From assembly GCA_030141605.1 (NCBI GenBank), contig JAQGDQ010000045.1:124001-188000 (forward strand): 64,000 bases of DNA, written 5' to 3'. Source of the stretch: Tubiluchus corallicola. Lineage: Eukaryota > Animalia > Priapulida. Positions within the stretch are counted from its first letter, which is position 1. Each line of letters opens with the position of its first letter. This document shows positions 1 through 64,000 of this stretch, one piece after another. Below the pieces are notes generated by a model, which was not told where the DNA came from, searched no databases, and worked only from the letters and a program-made list of their open reading frames with translations. A program made the translations under genes and the position numbers.

Positions 1-17
1 AACAACTAAATTATGTA

Positions 18-622
18 CAGTCTAGCCTCGTTATCTCGCCACTGTCCGTCTAGGGCAAATTTTTGGCGAGAGGCGAGTATGGCGAGATAACGGGAATATA
101 ACGAAGTTAGTCTATATGTATATACATAATAGTTGATTAACATAGTGTTCCTCTATGTACATATAAAATAGACAAAACAGTTTTCGCTTCAGAGACATCA
201 TGTAAAGTTGCTCACACTTTGTGGAAACTCAAACTTAAACGCAGCTTTGGTGTAAGGATATCGGTGATGCTTTAGTTTCTCTGCACATTAACCAACCACA
301 GCACTCCTAATCTAATCCTGGTGAGACACACACTAGATTAATTATGTCTGTCTATCGAGTACAGCAGCATTCTCTAAATACCGCTGTTATATTGATCGAC
401 ACTCGGTATATGTATTGATCGATTCACCTCTGAGTTTGTCTGTTTGGCGACATAACGAATATAGTTTACATAAGCACTCAGCCTTATGACGTGGCGAGGG
501 CGAGAAGCGAGGGTGGCGACTTAACGAGGTAAATATCAAAGCAGGAAATCCGTCCTGGTACTTTCTATGGTGAGAGACGAGTTTGGCGGCATAACGAGGG
601 GCGAGATAACGAGGTTAGACTG
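18..622. mobile_element. pogo/Tigger-like (Tc1/mariner superfamily) MITE
   Basis: TIRs CAGTCTAGCCTCGTTATCTCGCC / GGCGAGATAACGAGGTTAGACTG (1 mismatch), TA TSD at 16-17 and 623-624, subterminal GGCGAGATAACG-type repeats. Confidence 0.9.
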
Positions 623-1635
623 TAATTGTAAATAAAACTAACACATGGATTAAAACAATATTCTCTCCCTGCAGAAGAATGACAATTTGCTTTAAATGTT
701 TAGATTTTTAGTATTGCTGTAGGTGTTGAATCACAAAACCATTGTTCAAAAACACTTGCTGAATCATAATAAGTGACAAAAGTACCCCATTAGTTACTGC
801 CTTTCATCTGCTGATCACTTGGTACCTAACATGAAATGAGGAGCCAGTAAGCGACTTTATTGCTAGTGTAAGTTATGCTTCTGAAAATAATTGCACAAGG
901 TGTTTCTCACAATATTTGCAAACAATTTCAGTATGCATTAATTTTGTGATTTATAGTATTTGGGAAACTGAACATGAAGTTAATAAAAGTACATTTAAGT
1001 CAATAGGATGTTCACTTGTAACTCATTTTAAATAGAAATTGAAATGTTTATTGTGTTTTAGGATCTGCTAATTGAACTTAAACCTTTCTGTGAAGTGCAC
1101 AAATATTTTACCAGTTATAAAACCATCTATGGTGTTTATCTTATGGAGTCATTTTATTCTATTTGGTAAATTATGAGCCAACTTTTTGAAAAAAATTGTT
1201 CACAGGCAGTAACATATGTATGTGCAGCTAACTAGTATTATCCATTTTTATTTTCTAATTTTGATGAGTTCACTTATAGTCAACTATTTTAATTTTCCAA
1301 CAGCATTTATTATAAACTTGTAAACATTTAATTTAATTGTAGCTGCTTTATAGTGAAAGTCAAATTTGATCAAAGCCTCTTGTGTACATGCTTTTGAATG
1401 CATGGCTTCATTTCTTAAAAAAAAAGCTAAAAATTTGGTATGCATGTGTTCTGTAATTCCAGTGATTGCCTTAAAGTTAACTGTAAATATAAAAAATAGT
1501 GAAAACTTGAAATATCATTTGCAATTTATTGATGTTGTATATGGTACTGGGGTATTTCTAACTGGTTGTTATATCATGTGTTATGGAGGACTTTTTTTAA
1601 TAAAATAATGAATTTGATACTTTGTTAACATCCTT

Positions 1636-1641
1636 TTTATT
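1636..1641 (-). terminator. Candidate polyA signal of the dynein gene
   Basis: AATAAA on the minus strand (TTTATT on plus), about 235 nt after the stop. Confidence 0.45.
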
Positions 1642-1875
1642 CCAGCAATAAACATAAAAACAGGCACTGACTATTAAAACAAATCTTGATAGAAAGATAA
1701 AAATATGAGAAAATAAATGTAGATAAATACATTGAGCAGTAAATATAGCTTTGGTACATTACTCAGATTACTGCTGAATGGAATACACGAGATTTTATAC
1801 TTTATAAAAAGAAAAGTCAGTTAGAATACAAAATTTCTGTATGCAGGCAATTTTGTCTTGAACTGGAACTGTCTA

Positions 1876-63502
<61,627 letters not shown>

Positions 63503-64000
63503 CTATACAGCAAAAAATCCCTAAAGTGAGTAATCTTATAACATGTTTATATTGCAACATAAACGTGTTTCACATTAACTTGTTTGAAGACCTATAGTGC
63601 ATTATAATTGCATTATATGTGGCTATTTAAGCAAGAATTGTATTGAGAAGCACAATTTAATTCAATTTCAGTTTTATTTCAGACAAAATAAGTTAAAAGA
63701 AGATAAAAGAATGCCAAAAAGTTGACTGCACATAGTAAACGAAAAAAGATAAATAAGAGTTAGTTATACTACTGTAAACTATAAATGCTAATTAAAAAAT
63801 TAATATATTAAAAAATTAGGTACATAGATGAAGCATAACACATAGGTCTGCACATTTAAGTATGTCCGACAAAGCTGTGATATACAAGATATTAGACATA
63901 TAATAAGTTCCTCCATCTACTGTTAAGTTTACAGGTACGATAAACCATGATACACATCAGACAACCTGACAGTACAAATAAATTACTACAAGTTTTACAC

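Overview
AT-rich, intron-rich animal (invertebrate-like) genomic DNA, not prokaryotic. Almost the whole window (1876-63502, minus strand) is the 3' portion of an axonemal inner-arm dynein heavy chain gene most similar to DNAH7. I traced 68 coding exons by eye; they sum to 9921 nt (3306 aa + stop, frame-consistent), and the N-terminus lies beyond position 64000. Two complete genes with intronless CDSs sit antisense inside two nearby dynein introns in the AAA5-AAA6 region: a protein O-fucosyltransferase 1 (POFUT1, 10098-11261) that lacks the usual C-terminal KDEL-like ER-retrieval motif, and an orphan class A GPCR (18436-19440) with its own TATA box and polyA signals. The introns also hold pogo/Tigger-like and hAT MITEs with target-site duplications (TSDs), a non-autonomous Helitron, CR1/L2-type LINE fragments (one flanked by a ~90-bp direct repeat), a Tc1/mariner transposase fossil, tRNA- and 5S-derived SINE-like pieces, several local duplications and microsatellites. 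One dynein intron is GC-AG. All family assignments come from remembered motifs; no database search was run.
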